Source: Candidatus Caldarchaeales archaeon (lineage in GTDB: Archaea; Thermoproteota; Nitrososphaeria_A; Caldarchaeales; Wolframiiraptoraceae). From it: DNA of 64,000 nucleotides. A program made the translations under genes and the position numbers. Each line of letters opens with the position of its first letter. The stretch's first letter is position 1. Location: NCBI GenBank assembly GCA_039630055.1, contig JBCNVN010000001.1, forward strand, positions 96,001-160,000, written 5' to 3'. Below, in pieces: positions 28,467-38,988 of this stretch. A model generated the notes under the pieces. That model was not told where the DNA came from. It ran no database searches and was given only the letters and a program-made list of their open reading frames with translations.

Positions 28467-29348
28467 ATGGAAGAATTTTATAGTGGAATTCGAGAGATTG
28501 TAAACGATAAAGTTCATGGTTCAACCCAGATTGCTATAAACTTAATGAGGTTTCTATCAAGAAATTTAGAGAATGTTGATCTATACAAACTTAGAGAGAT
28601 ATTTGACGAAGTATTGAGTATTGCTGAAACTAGGACTTCCATAATCCTACCGATAAACATGCTACATATACTGAGAGAAGCTGTCGAATCATCTATAAGT
28701 AGAGATGTGAGATCAAATGTGAAGAGATTGATAGACTCTCTCCTTTCATATTATAGTCAAGATCTAGAATGGTCGGCAGAGAATGGGGCGAAGGCTTTAG
28801 AGGGTTACAGAAGAATCTTTACTTTAAGTTATAGCTCACAGGTATTAAAGGTTCTGAGAAAGATTAAAGATATAGAAGTATCTATTGTGGCTGGATGGCC
28901 TCTCTTAGATGGGTTAAGGGCTTCAAGAGAATTGAGATCAGTCGGTGTTAAAACTTTCCTCTATCCAGACTCCTCCATATATGAGGCCATAAATTCATCA
29001 GATGCCATCTTCCTAGGATGTGACGCTATTCTCATAGATGGTTCAATAATAAATAGATCAGGCTCTAGAATAGCCACATTGATTTCTAACTACGAGTCTA
29101 TACCCTCGTATGTGATCGGTGAGAGTCTAAAGTTAGATATTAGGTCTATATGGAAGCCTGAGGTATGGAAATATGTTTTTGAAGATGTAGAGACGGAGTT
29201 TCAAGTATTCGAAAAGGTTGAGTTTGAACTTATCTCGAAACACATCTCAGAGCTGGGCATAGATACTCCAAGAAATTTTGTAAATAAAGCCTTGAGAAAG
29301 ATGGAAGAATATACTAGAAAACTTTTAGAGAGTGTTCTCAGCAACTAG
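28467..29348 (+). CDS. eIF-2B alpha/beta/delta-like protein (R15P isomerase-like fold)
   Basis: D..HGS, TLSYSS.V, LGCDAIL.DG..INRSGS, FE.V...LI..HISELG. Confidence 0.75.
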   Translation: MEEFYSGIREIVNDKVHGSTQIAINLMRFLSRNLENVDLYKLREIFDEVLSIAETRTSIILPINMLHILREAVESSISRDVRSNVKRLIDSLLSYYSQDLEWSAENGAKALEGYRRIFTLSYSSQVLKVLRKIKDIEVSIVAGWPLLDGLRASRELRSVGVKTFLYPDSSIYEAINSSDAIFLGCDAILIDGSIINRSGSRIATLISNYESIPSYVIGESLKLDIRSIWKPEVWKYVFEDVETEFQVFEKVEFELISKHISELGIDTPRNFVNKALRKMEEYTRKLLESVLSN

Positions 29349-29388
29349 GTTAAGTTGTCTGTATACACGTTAGCAAACTAACTATCAT

Positions 29389-29994
29389 TCAATCTTGTAT
29401 TAAACTATCCCAGAAATCCAACTCATACCGCTGGATAGTCTTCGCAATAAACCTATATCTATCCCAATCCAGATACCTTTCAGCGATCTTCTCAGCCTTC
29501 TCATCTAACACGTTATATGGACCTGAAAACAATTCAAAGATCTTTGTAGATCTTATCGATATCCTCTTGACGTATTCTCCGAGATTCTTGACGTTCTCGC
29601 CCCAAACGGGAAGGTTTACGATTAAAGCTATGGCCACATCCCCTGGAGAACCATTCAATGCTAGCCATGAAAGAAAGTGTGTGTAGGATACTGCTTTGGG
29701 AGATACCTTACTATAGTCTAATTTGATATTGAGCTCATCTGAGAGCATGTATAGTGCTCTTAGAGCTTCGTAATCACCATCAACTAAGAGTTTGAAGAAC
29801 TCGAGCTCATCCATCCTACTAGCCTTAGAGAGTATATGTGAGAGAGCTTTCAGATCGTGTGGAATTATATATAGCTGATTCTCTACAAATCTTCTAAGTA
29901 TCTCATTGCTTGGTTCACGAATAGAAGGATGTTGAAGTATCTTCTTGTTCAGTTCTTCCAACTCTTCTCTCAGCTTATTTATTATGTAACCCAT
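29389..29994 (-). CDS. TenA-family protein (non-Cys type)
   Basis: FVENQLYII.HD, SYTHFLSWLA, NLPVWG, QRYELDFWD. Confidence 0.8.
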   Translation of the reverse strand: MGYIINKLREELEELNKKILQHPSIREPSNEILRRFVENQLYIIPHDLKALSHILSKASRMDELEFFKLLVDGDYEALRALYMLSDELNIKLDYSKVSPKAVSYTHFLSWLALNGSPGDVAIALIVNLPVWGENVKNLGEYVKRISIRSTKIFELFSGPYNVLDEKAEKIAERYLDWDRYRFIAKTIQRYELDFWDSLIQD

Positions 29995-30635
29995 TCCTCT
30001 TCACCATATGCTGCGCTCCAAAATAGGTATTCATATTTTGTAGAGAGCTCGAAATATGGCCACATCTCTTCTATGGATAAGCTGGAAGAGTCGACCTCGC
30101 TCTTAAATACCTCGACTATCTCCCTATATTCTTTCGTTAGATAGGCTGTTGCCCACTTCTTATAGAGGGCTGATGGATTTGATTCTAGCTTGTCTCTATG
30201 CTTTTCCGCGATCTCTTGATATGTCCAATAGCATGGTAGTAGTGATGCGATAGTAGTCCAATAGTCTTTTGAGTAGCTTGTAGAGATAAGATAATTCATG
30301 TAGGCGATATTTGTAGGGTTTGGAACCGTGTTTACCGCATCTCTTATTGAGAGCCCCATCTCAGAGAGGAGTTTTTCATAATTCGCCATCTCTCCCTCTA
30401 CAGTCATATATGCTAACTTTAACGCTATCTTGGAACGGTTGATATCAGGCGCTTTAGCTGAAACTATGCTTAAAACCTTAACGATACTTGTAAGATAGTT
30501 GTAGTCTTGGAGGATATAGTACTTGAACTTAGAGTATGGTAAAACCCCAGAGTAGAGCTCTACAACGAATGGATGTTCAATTATCTTCTCCCATATCTTG
30601 GAAGCCCGTTCCCTCAGTATAGATGATCTACCCAT
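29982..30635 (-). CDS. tenA: Thiaminase II / TenA (Cys type)
   Basis: HPFV..L..G.L....F..Y..QDY.YL, catalytic LLPCYWTY, Y..W...Y, YEYLFW. Confidence 0.88.
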   Translation of the reverse strand: MGRSSILRERASKIWEKIIEHPFVVELYSGVLPYSKFKYYILQDYNYLTSIVKVLSIVSAKAPDINRSKIALKLAYMTVEGEMANYEKLLSEMGLSIRDAVNTVPNPTNIAYMNYLISTSYSKDYWTTIASLLPCYWTYQEIAEKHRDKLESNPSALYKKWATAYLTKEYREIVEVFKSEVDSSSLSIEEMWPYFELSTKYEYLFWSAAYGEEEWVT

Positions 30636-30677
30636 CTCTCTACACTAGATTTTAACTTTTAGACCATATATCTCTTT

Positions 30678-32534
30678 CTACCTGAAGCTAGGTCTCTTTG
30701 AAAGATGCTTGGGTAAAGTAAGCGGTCTGAATGGTTTTCCCTCCGTATCTTTCTTCAATTTCATAATGAGCTCATCTAGATTCATGTACTCGATTCTTCC
30801 AGTCTCCCTAATCCTTACCGAGAGTTTTCCCATCTCTCTTTCTTTATCACCGAAGACCACTATGTATGGTATCCACTCTACTTCTGCATCTTTAATCTTC
30901 TTATCCACAGTCTCTTCCCTATCATCGATATCTACTCTAATCCTTCCATCTTCCAGAATTTTAAGAATTTTTTGAGAATCTTCTAGATGTCTCTCTGCAA
31001 CAGGTATTATCCTCACCTGTGTAGGCGACAACCATACAGGTAGCATGGGTTTCCCACCACTCTGCATTATCATGTACGATTTTTCAAGTAGTGCATAGAT
31101 AACTCTTTCTATCGCACCGCTTGGAGAGCAATGTAAGATTATTGGATACTTCTTAACTCCGTCTTCATCTACGAATGTTATTCCATATTGTTTAGAGTTT
31201 TCTATATCTATCTGGTCCGTTGATAGGGCGGCAGCCTTCTTCTGGCTATCTATAAAATTGAGCTCCCACTTTAGTATGAAGTAGAAGAATTTCTCCTCCC
31301 ACATCTCTGCAAGAACTGGTTTACCGAACTCTCTTACAAGCTCATGTATGAACTCTTTATTTTCATGATAGAATTCTTTTGTAAATCTAATCGCCATCTC
31401 CAAGTCATCTTTAGTTAACCCTATTCCTTCAAGTACTTCCAAGCTTAGTCTAAGCCTCTTCTTCATCTCTACTTTTGCCTGCTCAATATCTTTACAGAAT
31501 GCATGAACATCAGGCATTGTAAAAGCTCTAAGTCTTTTTAGACCTGCAAGCTCTCCACTCTTCTCCCTCCTAAAACTGTATCTAGTCAATTCATATAACC
31601 ATAATGGTAGATGACGGTAAGAGATAACCATATCACTAGCCATCAAGAACTGTCCAAAGCAAGCTGCAAACCTTAAGAAGTATTCTTTATCTTCGCTCTT
31701 AATAATGTACTGTCTTGCGGGGAACCTATTCAGATACCTCTCCAAGCTTGGATGATGCATATCGTACATTATAGGTGTCTCAACCTCTATTCCACCATAC
31801 TCGACCACTTTCTCTGTAACATACTGTTCTAGAAGAGATTTTATGAGCCTACCTTTGCCCGGCCAACGCATATTTCCAGGATCGCTACCGCTCTCATAAT
31901 CTGCTATCTCTAGCTTTCTCATCAATTGGACATGGGGTGGCTGCTCCAAGACGGCTCTAGACTTAGAGATCTCGTAACGTGCTAGATTCTCCAAGTTTCC
32001 ATAATTTTTGAAATCGAATTCTTGGATAGGGATCATTTCACCCTCGGGTTTTATTATGAACCAGTAAGACTTCAGCTTCTCCTCCATTAAGAGGGCTTTC
32101 GAGACCGGTTCCTCCCTCTTAGATGTAAGACCTCCATAGCTTCTAAGCTGTTCAGCGAGAGGATGACCCTTAACCGCTACTACTAGTCGTTTATTCCATC
32201 CAAATGGAGCATTATGAACTTCAAAATTCTTTGATGCTTCTTCTCTAATCTTCTTAATTATCGATAATGCTTTTTGAGGTGATGCTAGATCTGTACTCAG
32301 ATGTGCATAGGGATATATTACAAGCTTCTCAATCTTCATCTTATCCATGAATTCGGCAACGTCTCTAACTAATTCTAGAGCTAAGCTTTCTTCATCATCT
32401 CTCTCGACGCTTACAAGAACTAGAAGAGCATCGTGGATCCTGTAAGTTCTCTTCTCTACATCTTCATATATGCTACTCTCTTTCTCTATAGGCTCGTATT
32501 CTACATAATCGACATGAAGCTGAAGTATCTTCAA
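30678..32534 (-). CDS. thrS: Threonine--tRNA ligase (archaeal type)
   Basis: MKILQLH.DY, YPYAHLS, PFGW.K, GHPLAE, LRFAACFGQF, RAFTMPD.H, LHCSPSGA.ER, LP.WLSP.QV. Confidence 0.97.
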   Translation of the reverse strand: MKILQLHVDYVEYEPIEKESSIYEDVEKRTYRIHDALLVLVSVERDDEESLALELVRDVAEFMDKMKIEKLVIYPYAHLSTDLASPQKALSIIKKIREEASKNFEVHNAPFGWNKRLVVAVKGHPLAEQLRSYGGLTSKREEPVSKALLMEEKLKSYWFIIKPEGEMIPIQEFDFKNYGNLENLARYEISKSRAVLEQPPHVQLMRKLEIADYESGSDPGNMRWPGKGRLIKSLLEQYVTEKVVEYGGIEVETPIMYDMHHPSLERYLNRFPARQYIIKSEDKEYFLRFAACFGQFLMASDMVISYRHLPLWLYELTRYSFRREKSGELAGLKRLRAFTMPDVHAFCKDIEQAKVEMKKRLRLSLEVLEGIGLTKDDLEMAIRFTKEFYHENKEFIHELVREFGKPVLAEMWEEKFFYFILKWELNFIDSQKKAAALSTDQIDIENSKQYGITFVDEDGVKKYPIILHCSPSGAIERVIYALLEKSYMIMQSGGKPMLPVWLSPTQVRIIPVAERHLEDSQKILKILEDGRIRVDIDDREETVDKKIKDAEVEWIPYIVVFGDKEREMGKLSVRIRETGRIEYMNLDELIMKLKKDTEGKPFRPLTLPKHLSKRPSFR

Positions 32535-32760
32535 TTATTAACACCTATCTAGAATCTTATCTTAACATTACTTTAAAAGCTTTCCATCACTCAACATATA
32601 TCTACGAGAGCTCTAAGATGAGATACTATTAAATAGTATTCTAGATAATCCGGTGAGACAACAAAAATATCGAGGATTCAACGGTCACATGTATACCCAT
32701 TGTAGAATAAGGTTACTCTTAAAAGAATAATAATAAGTGAGCTCGTAAAAGGTTCTATAA

Positions 32761-34335
32761 ATGGTGAGAGATAGGCTTATTCCTCGGACCATGGCCTCTC
32801 AACATCCGGACAATGCTAGGACACCAAGCTGGAGTCGTAGTGAAGTAATAGCTGGTGAAGAAGAAGTTTACGAAGCATACTATTGTTATTCTGTGCTAGG
32901 TTGTCAAGAAGTAATGTGGGATGCAGAAGGTAAAGATATAGATCCACAGGTTGTGAGAAAACTCTTAACTAATTTCAGCGACTACTTTAGAAAGAAGAAG
33001 CTGGGTGAAGATGTGTTTTTAACGCTAAGATTGCCGAATCCAATGATAGAGACTTCTGAGAAGAAGGTCTTTATAGAGACGCTTGAATCAATACCTAAAC
33101 ATAATGATGTAGCCGGCGTCTTCTATGGAGAACCCTCAACCGACTACGTATTCGAAGTAATCTTTCCATTTACAGCTAGTCATCATGATCTGATAAGAGT
33201 TAAAGAAACATATAGAAAGGCTATTGTAAGACCTTTAGATGAGCAGGTCGATTATCATGGTCTCAAGCTTAAGGAGCTTGTTGGAGAAGTCCATCCAAGA
33301 GATATAGAGGTTATCCCTCTACTAGAAGACATGGCCACGATGATGATATGCGACCAGATAGTATCTAGATACATAGAATTGACCTCACCAAGCTATGTAA
33401 GAGTTTTTATCGCAAGGTCAGATCCTGCCTTAAACTATGGCATAGTATCCGCTGTACTACTAGCTAAACTATCCCTATCTAAATTATCGAAGATTGAAGA
33501 GAGATTCGGTATACCGATATACCCTATAATAGGAGCAGGATCCCTACCTTTTAGAGGTCATAACTCTCCAGATAACATTGAAGGATTTCTAGAAGAGTAT
33601 AGAGGGGTCTGGACGGTTACTATACAGTCGGCTTTTAGATACGATTATCCAGAAGAAAAAGTAGTCGAAGTTATAAGAAGATTTAACAGTTTGCTCCCAT
33701 ACGGAAGACCAAGGGATATATCAGAGCTTGAGCCAGAAATATATCGATTGGTCCAGAAGTTCACATCAAGATATCAAGAATCTCTAGAGCTATGTATAGA
33801 TGCCATAAACTATGTGGCGACTTATATTCCAAGCAGGAGAAGCAGGAAGCTTCATATAGGTCTTTACGGATACTCTAGGAGAGCATTCGGTAAGTCTCTT
33901 CCAAGAGCAATACCATTTACTGGAGCATTCTACTCGTTAGGTATTCCTCCAGAGTTTATAGGTTTAAGAATGTTAAAAGATTTGAGCGAGACGGAGCTAG
34001 ATATCTTTAATGAGATTTATACTAAGTTAAGAGAAGACCTAGAGCTAGCTGGTAGAAGGGTTGTATGGGAATCGATCTCATTATTTTCAGATTATAGAGA
34101 TGAGCTATCAAGAAAAATCCCACCAGAATTCTTTAAAAAATTTATCCCATTATACTTGGAAGATCTAGAAACTGCATCTAACATCCTCGGAATAAAAATA
34201 GGACCTAGAACATTGTCCGATAGAAGATATGCGAATACTATAGAAAACTTTGTAATCTCGCTTATCGAAGGAGAGCATGATAGAGCTAGAGAAGAGATTG
34301 TAGAGGCAGCTAAGATAAGGAGATCTATTGGATAG
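32761..34335 (+). CDS. ppcA: Phosphoenolpyruvate carboxylase, archaeal type
   Basis: IPRTMASQHPDNA, MWDAEGK, VIPL.ED, RVFIARSDPALNYG, G.GSLPFRGH, LPRAI.F. Confidence 0.95.
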   Translation: MVRDRLIPRTMASQHPDNARTPSWSRSEVIAGEEEVYEAYYCYSVLGCQEVMWDAEGKDIDPQVVRKLLTNFSDYFRKKKLGEDVFLTLRLPNPMIETSEKKVFIETLESIPKHNDVAGVFYGEPSTDYVFEVIFPFTASHHDLIRVKETYRKAIVRPLDEQVDYHGLKLKELVGEVHPRDIEVIPLLEDMATMMICDQIVSRYIELTSPSYVRVFIARSDPALNYGIVSAVLLAKLSLSKLSKIEERFGIPIYPIIGAGSLPFRGHNSPDNIEGFLEEYRGVWTVTIQSAFRYDYPEEKVVEVIRRFNSLLPYGRPRDISELEPEIYRLVQKFTSRYQESLELCIDAINYVATYIPSRRSRKLHIGLYGYSRRAFGKSLPRAIPFTGAFYSLGIPPEFIGLRMLKDLSETELDIFNEIYTKLREDLELAGRRVVWESISLFSDYRDELSRKIPPEFFKKFIPLYLEDLETASNILGIKIGPRTLSDRRYANTIENFVISLIEGEHDRAREEIVEAAKIRRSIG

Positions 34336-34366
34336 GATAAGTGCTTGATCTATAAGGCTATCCGAT

Positions 34367-34482
34367 CGCCGGGGGTGGGATTTGAACCCACGAGCCCCGA
34401 AGGGGCATCGGCTTCCCTGTTCATTCTAACCATCTTCCCTAGATCTCGAGGCCGACCCTTTACCTGACTAAGGTACCCCGGC
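34367..34482 (-). tRNA. tRNA-Ser(CGA) with 31-nt intron (about 34414-34444)
   Basis: Reverse complement GCCGGGG TACCTTAGTCAGGTAAAGG G TCGGC CT CGA G [31 nt] A GCCGA, long variable arm GCCCC TTCG GGGC, GTGGG TTCAAAT CCCAC CCCCGGC G. Confidence 0.9.
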
Positions 34483-34530
34483 CTATATCACCATGACTCC
34501 GACGAGTATTTATTCTTAAAGAATAATACA

Positions 34531-35127
34531 CTATATCCTTGATGTAAATCCTTCAAGGTCTGGATAGATTTGTCCAAAAAACTGTATTAGTAGATATTCT
34601 ATAGTGGCAGCTAGTAAGAGTAGTAATGCTGTAGCTCCAAGAGATATCAGTATCCATCTAGACTCTCTTCTAACATTTCTCCTAAATATACTATAAGTAA
34701 GTAGTATGCTTTCGGTGAAGGCGGTACCATATGCTAGAAACTCAAGAAGCCCATAGAAGGTTAATATGGTTAGAGAGATCAAGAGGATAGATGGTACTCC
34801 AGTAGAATTAGCCACGACGCCTATCACTCTGCCTGTTACATAGATTATATATCCACCTACTAAAGGTCCAGCAACTGGGATAAACATTATTAGAGAGATT
34901 AAGAAGTTGTTGAGAAATATGTCTAATACAGTGTATCTTCTCTTTAAGATCTCTTCAGCTTCTCTCATTAGAGTTTTCAGCTCCTCGTCAGAGAAGGCGA
35001 GTATGGATGCAAAGTATAGAACTGAGAACAGTATAACAGTAAATATTAAGATTAATGCTATCCTCTTCTTAACCTCTATAACTCCACTCTGGATAATATT
35101 ACCATGCATCAAGCTTCTCGTCAACAC
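34531..35127 (-). CDS. SpoIIM/DUF95-family membrane protein
   Basis: IFLNNF.ISL.MFIP..G, YGLLEF.AY, LLAA.IE; multi-TM. Confidence 0.8.
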   Translation of the reverse strand: MLTRSLMHGNIIQSGVIEVKKRIALILIFTVILFSVLYFASILAFSDEELKTLMREAEEILKRRYTVLDIFLNNFLISLIMFIPVAGPLVGGYIIYVTGRVIGVVANSTGVPSILLISLTILTFYGLLEFLAYGTAFTESILLTYSIFRRNVRRESRWILISLGATALLLLLAATIEYLLIQFFGQIYPDLEGFTSRI

Positions 35128-36187
35128 TCCTCAAAATCTCTTCATATGCTTTGTTCTCTTGCTTAAGTTTTGGAATCGCCAACAATACCATAGGATCTAC
35201 ATCTCTAAGGACCGCTAAATAGAGACTTATGTAATCTACAAGGAGCAGCATTGACAATACTTCCTCTATCAGGACGCCTCCATCCAATTTCAGCTCGATA
35301 TATCTATCTCCGAGATATCTTGATAATGCTCGGTAGACTCCCTCCACATGATTATCATAATGGGAGATGCGGGGAGCTATCAAGATCGAATCTTCATCGA
35401 GTGCTTCAATATCATTATGGAGAGCTTCTGGAAGCTCTGATAGATGGGCGAAGATTTTAGAATTTTCATTTAATTGACATTTAAACCTATATGCTATAGG
35501 TAGAGTTCTTCCATAAGCATATATTATAGGGGTCCTGCCATATATTCGGGTAGCAGTATTCTTTGCCAAGTTATCTCTAGTTGGAATATTATAATCTAAC
35601 TTTTCATGGAATCTTCTTACATCTCCTATAGAATCATGTAGGTTCTCAACCTTGATATCTAAACTCTCAAGGATGCCAAGTATGGCTCCAAAGGTATGTG
35701 GAAAAGAGTATCTAGGCGGTATCCCTGGCTCAAGTAATACTATAGGAAGATTCTTCTTCTCAGCAAGCTTCTTCAACCTACCTCCTGATGTAACCACTAT
35801 TATGTTGGGATTACTATCTATGTTTTGTAGAAGAGTTGGAAACACTTCTGCACTATCCCCTGAATAGCTTACAGCGATTATTAATTTATCTGAAGATATT
35901 TTTATTGGAGTGTAATCTCTATGGACATGGATCTTAATCTCCTCGATGATGGATGATGCAACGTCTCCTGCTATAGCTGAACCTCCTATACCTAGATATA
36001 CTATGCTCGAAGGTTTAAACATAATATATCTTCTTCCAAGATCTAAACCTAGCTCGACATATCTATTAAAAGAGTCTATGTATCTTCTAGTAATGTTAAA
36101 TGCTCTCTGATACCAGTCTCTAGAATAAGCCTCAGGATCATCTAAGATACCGATATTGTCCACCTCAACCATTGATAATCCCGCCAA
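35099..36187 (-). CDS. Bifunctional phosphoglucose/phosphomannose isomerase (SIS)
   Basis: G.GGSAI.GD, SYSG, TSGG.L, PPR, RFKCQLNENSK, PE..HN.IE. Confidence 0.88.
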   Translation of the reverse strand: MAGLSMVEVDNIGILDDPEAYSRDWYQRAFNITRRYIDSFNRYVELGLDLGRRYIMFKPSSIVYLGIGGSAIAGDVASSIIEEIKIHVHRDYTPIKISSDKLIIAVSYSGDSAEVFPTLLQNIDSNPNIIVVTSGGRLKKLAEKKNLPIVLLEPGIPPRYSFPHTFGAILGILESLDIKVENLHDSIGDVRRFHEKLDYNIPTRDNLAKNTATRIYGRTPIIYAYGRTLPIAYRFKCQLNENSKIFAHLSELPEALHNDIEALDEDSILIAPRISHYDNHVEGVYRALSRYLGDRYIELKLDGGVLIEEVLSMLLLVDYISLYLAVLRDVDPMVLLAIPKLKQENKAYEEILRSVDEKLDAW

Positions 36188-36470
36188 AATATAATCATAT
36201 ACTTAGTTAACTTGTATCATTGAGATTATCTCACTCTACTCTAAGTTAAAGAAGAAAAAATATGGAGTCTCATAAAGGTCTCGGAAAACCTCTGAAGCAT
36301 TCTATATTAGACCAATCTCCATGTTCGAGATAAGTTATCGGAAGAGGGTAGTTCAGAGATATTGGTAAAGTATATTTAATCGATGGATTGGATCTATGAA
36401 TTGAAAAACAGATATGCATATATAGCATGAATTCTAGAATATAATCTTATTTTTCTCCCATTATATAAGC

Positions 36471-36965
36471 ATGGTTTTATCTTCAAGCGTCTCTTTAATG
36501 GATAAAGCCTACCAAGTTCATAGTTATCTAGACATGGGCCTTAATCGTCTTGAGAGGACTGTTGAAGAATTGAAACATAGAGTAGAGATGCTTGAATTAG
36601 CCCTTGATACAATATTGAAAAAGATACCCGAGATAAGGATAGTCTTAGAAGTTCCAAAGGTGATATTAGAGAAGAAACCGGTCTATGTAAAGATAAGAAG
36701 TAGCGAGCTCCATGGAAGAGTTATACTACTCGCACTAGACGGGTTCTTGAATACTTGGAGAACTGCAGGAGATATAACATCAGAACTTGTTAGGAGAGGA
36801 TGGGCACCCAAAGACTTTAAAGAGGTTAGACCAATATTGGAACATCTCGTATCTCTCGGGATCATTGAGAGGATCCGGTCGAATAGAAGAAGTAGAGGGA
36901 GGAGAGCCAAATGGTTGTATAAAGCATTTGATAATATTAGAGAGAAGGTGGAGTTGATACATTAA
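36471..36965 (+). CDS. Hypothetical protein: N-terminal coiled coil + C-terminal winged-helix-like domain
   Basis: Heptad LERTVEELKHRVEMLE; RTAGDITSELVRRGW...LEHLVSLGIIERI...WLY resembles a wHTH. Confidence 0.55.
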   Translation: MVLSSSVSLMDKAYQVHSYLDMGLNRLERTVEELKHRVEMLELALDTILKKIPEIRIVLEVPKVILEKKPVYVKIRSSELHGRVILLALDGFLNTWRTAGDITSELVRRGWAPKDFKEVRPILEHLVSLGIIERIRSNRRSRGRRAKWLYKAFDNIREKVELIH

Positions 36966-37077
36966 AGATAGATGTGGAAGAGGTGAGAAGAATAAGACTA
37001 ATTACAAGATGATATTCTCATCGTAATGTAGAAAACGGTAAGTAAATGGTTGATATCTATCTCTATATTTTTCAATC

Positions 37078-37611
37078 TTATATCGTTTCTTGTCCATAAT
37101 CAGTTTTAGAGATCTGCCTCATCCTCTCAACCCCATTTATCATCTTAATATACTCTACGACAGAACTTGAAGTATAACTCTTCCAGTCTTCACCCTCGAT
37201 CATCTTCTTCCTAATCAATGTTCCCACCAACTCATCTCTTCTATAGAGTTCTATGGACTTAACGGTGTAGCCTTCATCCATGAACAGTTTCTGTACAAGC
37301 GGATTATTTGAGTAGACTACATCGAATCTAGGTGTAAATGTTCTTACTCTTGAAACCCATAGAGAATGCTCACCGATGTCTGGTATCGGTATTAGGATCA
37401 CCTTCTCCAAAGGAATGCCCTCCTCTTTAAGCATCAGCCTGATCATCTCTATTCTCTCCCCAGCTGTAAATGGATTCATGAGTGTATAGCTAAACTGTGC
37501 ACTTCCGATAACGATAATGAGCTCATCACATTCTTCAAGTATCTTTTTTATAGCTTTTAGATGACCGATATGTGGTGGCTGAAACCTACCTATAAATAAT
37601 CCCCGCTTCAA
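37078..37611 (-). CDS. nadM: Nicotinamide-nucleotide adenylyltransferase
   Basis: GRFQPPHIGH, IGSAQ, NPFTAGER, W.S.V, NN.LV..LF, GT.IR. Confidence 0.95.
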   Translation of the reverse strand: MKRGLFIGRFQPPHIGHLKAIKKILEECDELIIVIGSAQFSYTLMNPFTAGERIEMIRLMLKEEGIPLEKVILIPIPDIGEHSLWVSRVRTFTPRFDVVYSNNPLVQKLFMDEGYTVKSIELYRRDELVGTLIRKKMIEGEDWKSYTSSSVVEYIKMINGVERMRQISKTDYGQETI

Positions 37612-37652
37612 AGATCATCCGCCTAAAAACCATTGCACCGATATTTTAGGTA

Positions 37653-38744
37653 TTAGCCTCTCTTCAAACCAACTCCCTCTATAGTTATCTTGGCAGGCTC
37701 ACCTTCAGCACCATCCACCTTTACATCTTTATTGGTGAATATTCTACATAGTTCGAGACTTGTCAATGTATGTTGAGTTAGATTTGTTACTCTATACTCA
37801 GATACACCATCTGCCAGACATGCCCAGATAACAAGCTGGTCTCCCAGATGTCTATCTACTGGGGCACTCCTCTCTATCTCTTCTAGCAGTTCTCTGGAAG
37901 CTTCTTCACCTATCTTCTCTGCAGGCACACCTTTCTCACCTAGTTTATCTACACCTATCACTGGACCATCATTCAATTCAGCGAATAGTACTATTCCGCA
38001 TCCGGGGTCGAGAGAGCATTTAGGATCATTCGGTTGTAGAGCTTCCCTTATAATATCTACATCGTATCCCTCGTCTCCGAGGATCGTCTCCACAGTCTTC
38101 GCCATCCTCTCTACAATATGGCCTGGAAGTCTACAGCTGTAGCTGAGCCCTCTTATCTTCTTAACACCTTTAAAATCTACCAATCTTATAGGTTTCAATC
38201 TATCTACAGGCTTAGACTCCACCTTAACTATTCCTCCACCTCTAGGGTAGAAGCCTCTCTTGACTAGGTCTATCTCAAATCTTCCACCAGCCTCTCTTAT
38301 AACAGGCAGTAAGACTTGTTGTAAATACTCTACAGGTGGGGCCATTGGATTATTTGTTCCTCCCCTAAGCTCTATAAAGACTGGACCCGAAGTAAAACAC
38401 ATTGTAGGCATCAAGCTTTGGAGCATCAGAGTAGTACTTCCAGCCGTTCCTGCATCAAATCTGTGAGTACCTCCCTGGAGTCTCTTCATAGGTTTAAAAG
38501 TTATTTCTAGAGAGCCTACTGATAGGCCTGATACTTCAGCTGAAGCCAACGTAGCTACGGCTTTCACGGCCGTTAGATGCTGAGGTCTAAGACCAGGATT
38601 ACTCCGTTTAACTCTAATATTCTTTATCTTTATAGGTTTAAGTAAGACTGCAGATAATGTTACAGCATTTCTCAGTATCTGGCCTCCACCTTCACCCATA
38701 GATCCATCGATCTCTAACAGCATCTCTAGAGACTGAATCATCAA
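37653..38744 (-). CDS. rtcA: RNA 3'-terminal phosphate cyclase
   Basis: IDGS.GEGGGQILR, R.NPGLRPQH, AGS.TL..Q, GFYPRGGG, D.HL.DQL, T.HT.T. Confidence 0.95.
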   Translation of the reverse strand: MMIQSLEMLLEIDGSMGEGGGQILRNAVTLSAVLLKPIKIKNIRVKRSNPGLRPQHLTAVKAVATLASAEVSGLSVGSLEITFKPMKRLQGGTHRFDAGTAGSTTLMLQSLMPTMCFTSGPVFIELRGGTNNPMAPPVEYLQQVLLPVIREAGGRFEIDLVKRGFYPRGGGIVKVESKPVDRLKPIRLVDFKGVKKIRGLSYSCRLPGHIVERMAKTVETILGDEGYDVDIIREALQPNDPKCSLDPGCGIVLFAELNDGPVIGVDKLGEKGVPAEKIGEEASRELLEEIERSAPVDRHLGDQLVIWACLADGVSEYRVTNLTQHTLTSLELCRIFTNKDVKVDGAEGEPAKITIEGVGLKRG

Positions 38745-38988
38745 GCCTATTTTTAAATTAGACTCTCTTGAAATACTATACCTTATGATCTTTCAGAAAG
38801 ACAAGTAAATAATAAATGACCTAGAACCTTCCTCTACATATACTGAAAAATGCTCTCCACCTTATAGTATCGGTAGAATCTACCTAATATATTCAAGATT
38901 TAGTGTAGGCAGAGAATAGCTTAAGATAAAAAGACTATTTCCAAGTTATAGGTTATATAAGTGATCAGGATCGATATAGTGGAGCTCT

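Noticed and set aside
29389-30635. Tandem TenA genes as a novel system
   Set aside because: Paired Cys and non-Cys TenA genes are an established thiamine-salvage arrangement in thermophilic archaea.
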